Assembly (NCBI GenBank): GCA_965250005.1
Contig: OZ252279.1
Coordinates: 1,380,001 to 1,412,000 of the forward strand
Source of the DNA: Demequinaceae bacterium
GTDB taxonomy: Bacteria > Actinomycetota > Actinomycetes > Actinomycetales > Demequinaceae
DNA length: 32,000 bases
Direction of reading: 5' to 3'
Shown: positions 30,497 through 32,000 of the stretch, one piece after another
Layout: every line of letters starts with the position of its first letter
How positions within the stretch are numbered: position 1 is the first letter of the stretch
Notes under the pieces: generated by a model
Told to the model about the DNA's origin: nothing
Databases searched by the model: none
Seen by the model: only the letters and a program-made list of their open reading frames with translations
Program-made: the position numbers and the translations under genes

Positions 30497-31843
30497 CTAC
30501 CCGCGCCGGGCGACGGCGAGGCGGGCGAGGACTGCCGCGAGCAGCACCAGCGCGAACGCCTGCCACGCGGTCACTTCGACCGTCGCCGCTCGAGCCGTGA
30601 ATCCTTCGAGCACCCCGCGAAATCCCACTACGGCGAAACCGATCATCCCGAGTATCGCACTCACGCTCGCGAGCCCGGCGAGAACCATGCGCCACCACGC
30701 CCGGCCCACGGTGGCGGAGCGCGCGGGCGGCCGGTCGAAGCGCCGGAACGTGAGAACGCACAGGCCCACGAGCACTAGGAACAGGACGAACAGAGGCAGC
30801 CTCAACGCCCACCATGCTCCAGTTCCCGGCGGCCCAAACACCGGCGCGCCCACCGCGTAGAGCAACCCGTACATTCCCATCAGCGCAACGAAGTGCCACA
30901 AGAACGCGGTCATCGCCACCGAGCCAGCGGCGATCACCACGCTCCAAGGGCGACGTCCCTGAAGCCACCGCGTGAGAGCCGGGCGCAGCACGAGCAGCGC
31001 ACCCGCCTGCGCGACCGCGAACGTCAGGAGCACTACCGTGGGCGGCGCGAGGTTCGACAGCTTCTCGCCCGGGTAGGAGATGAGCGAGTCGCCGTACGGG
31101 CCAAGCCAAATCAAGTGTGCCGACGCCGCGGTCCCCAGCCCGAGCATCGTCCACCCGAGTTTGACTCCCCGGCGGTTGGCGACGCCGTCGGCGTAGAAGA
31201 AGCCGAGCTGGTGGATGGCGAGCCACACGAACGCGAAGTTGAGCCACATCACGTGCGGGACGTCGAGGCCCAGGCGCAGCACGTCAACCGCCACTACTGA
31301 GCCGGCAAGGGCAGCGAGGGCTCGCCAGCCAAACCGCTCGTGCACGCGCAGCATCGCGGGCGCAAGTGCGGCGGCGATCAAGTAGATGCCAATGAACCAC
31401 AGCAGCTGCCCGGCAATCTGGAGCGCGAACGCCGCGGTCTCTCCCACCTCAAGCAGCAACTCAACCGCGACGGACGCGACCATGCCCACCGCAACGAACG
31501 CCAGCGCGGGCAACACCAGCCGCGAGATGCGCGCGTGAACAAAGTCCGCGTACCCGCCGCCGCGCTTGGCGAGCGACCGCCACGCGACCGCGTGTGCGAA
31601 GCCGCCCACCACGAAGAACACGGGCATCACTTGCAGCAGCCAGGTCCCGGCTCGGGCCCACCAGAACCACGACACCAGGTTGTCGGTGTCCCACACGTCT
31701 CCTGCGGGGCCCTCCTCGATCACGATGACCGCGAGAAAGAAGTGGCCGATCATGACGCCGGCGAGCGACGCCACGCGCAGGAAATCTACGTAGCGGTCGC
31801 GCGACGCGGGGGTCCCGGCCACGAGGGAGGCGACGTCGCTCAT
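30497..31843 (-). CDS. Acyltransferase family 3 (membrane O-acyltransferase, OatA-like core)
   Basis: 448 aa, about 10 TM segments. RYVDFLRVASLAGVMIGHF matches the acyl_transf_3 N-terminal R..-D..R......V...H motif. It ends 9 nt upstream of the LysE gene. Confidence 0.85.
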   Translation of the reverse strand: MSDVASLVAGTPASRDRYVDFLRVASLAGVMIGHFFLAVIVIEEGPAGDVWDTDNLVSWFWWARAGTWLLQVMPVFFVVGGFAHAVAWRSLAKRGGGYADFVHARISRLVLPALAFVAVGMVASVAVELLLEVGETAAFALQIAGQLLWFIGIYLIAAALAPAMLRVHERFGWRALAALAGSVVAVDVLRLGLDVPHVMWLNFAFVWLAIHQLGFFYADGVANRRGVKLGWTMLGLGTAASAHLIWLGPYGDSLISYPGEKLSNLAPPTVVLLTFAVAQAGALLVLRPALTRWLQGRRPWSVVIAAGSVAMTAFLWHFVALMGMYGLLYAVGAPVFGPPGTGAWWALRLPLFVLFLVLVGLCVLTFRRFDRPPARSATVGRAWWRMVLAGLASVSAILGMIGFAVVGFRGVLEGFTARAATVEVTAWQAFALVLLAAVLARLAVARRG

Positions 31844-31898
31844 GCGTTCAGGCTACGGCGTGCCAGCGCGCCAGCGCGCAATGGGTGATGCTAGGTGG

Positions 31899-32000
31899 CT
31901 AGCGTGCCGAAACGGCTTCGCGCGGATCCGGTCCGTATTCGTTGGTCCCGCGCTTAGGCTCGAGGATGCACATGATCAGCGGAACGATTCCAAGGCCGGC
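31899..32000 (-). CDS. DUF805-family inner-membrane protein, 3' end only (N-terminus off the right edge)
   Basis: Open-ended and not in the track. The minus-strand translation AGLGIVPLIMCILEPKRGTNEYGPDPREAVSAR* carries the DUF805 C-terminal hallmark (G.N.YGPDP). Confidence 0.55.
   Translation of the reverse strand, partial: AGLGIVPLIMCILEPKRGTNEYGPDPREAVSAR

Noticed and set aside
29927-31888. Long ORFs 29927-30778 plus, 30198-31247 minus, 30348-30860 plus, 30893-31300 plus and 31340-31888 plus
   Set aside because: They are off-frame or antisense to the LysE and acyltransferase-3 genes. Their Arg/His/Pro-rich composition has no recognisable domains.

Overview
This is a high-GC actinobacterial chromosomal window with about 33 supportable protein genes. 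I saw no rRNA, tRNA, CRISPR array or transposase. All calls come from reading the sequence and the ORF track by eye. No searches were run.

(1) 1-7917, minus strand. A tightly packed operon that looks like a nonulosonic-acid (Kdn or sialic-acid type) cell-surface glycopolymer pathway. In transcription order it encodes:
- an ABC-2 permease and its ATPase (TagG/TagH-like);
- a bacterial-type sialyltransferase-like protein carrying DDG and HP motifs;
- a CMP-nonulosonate synthetase fused to a KdsC-like HAD phosphatase;
- a short NeuB-family synthase;
- a TPR-like protein whose C-terminal domain carries GT29/GT42-type sialyl motifs L, S and VS;
- an open-ended GT8 + pyruvyl-transferase fusion that is absent from the ORF track.
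This block looks more AT-rich than the core genes in the 60-nt samples I hand-counted.

(2) 7962-18727. Two small membrane ORFs share a promoter-like motif. They are followed by a class I/II aminotransferase, a DUF360/holin-4-like membrane protein, and a small helical protein paired with a GHSQGG alpha/beta hydrolase. Next come purB, a CPBP protease, an 823-aa UPF0104 'flippase-like' membrane protein with an embedded degenerate kinase-like domain, and a convergent ccdA / TlpA-like lipoprotein pair.

(3) 18849-27903. A conserved block: dnaB-rplI-rpsR-ssb-rpsF, a FemAB-like gene, a class A PBP, a small membrane protein, and padR-ino1. From memory, its content and order match mycobacterial Rv0046c-Rv0058.

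(4) 28026-29838. A lower-GC accessory pair. The first gene is a 4-TM pentapeptide-type repeat protein built on eleven near-identical 33-bp tandem repeats. The second is a small zinc-ribbon protein.

(5) A LysE exporter, an acyltransferase-3 membrane protein and the 3' end of a DUF805 gene.

The most interesting item is the nonulosonate locus, which combines two unrelated sialyltransferase types with an animal-CMAS-like synthetase-phosphatase fusion.
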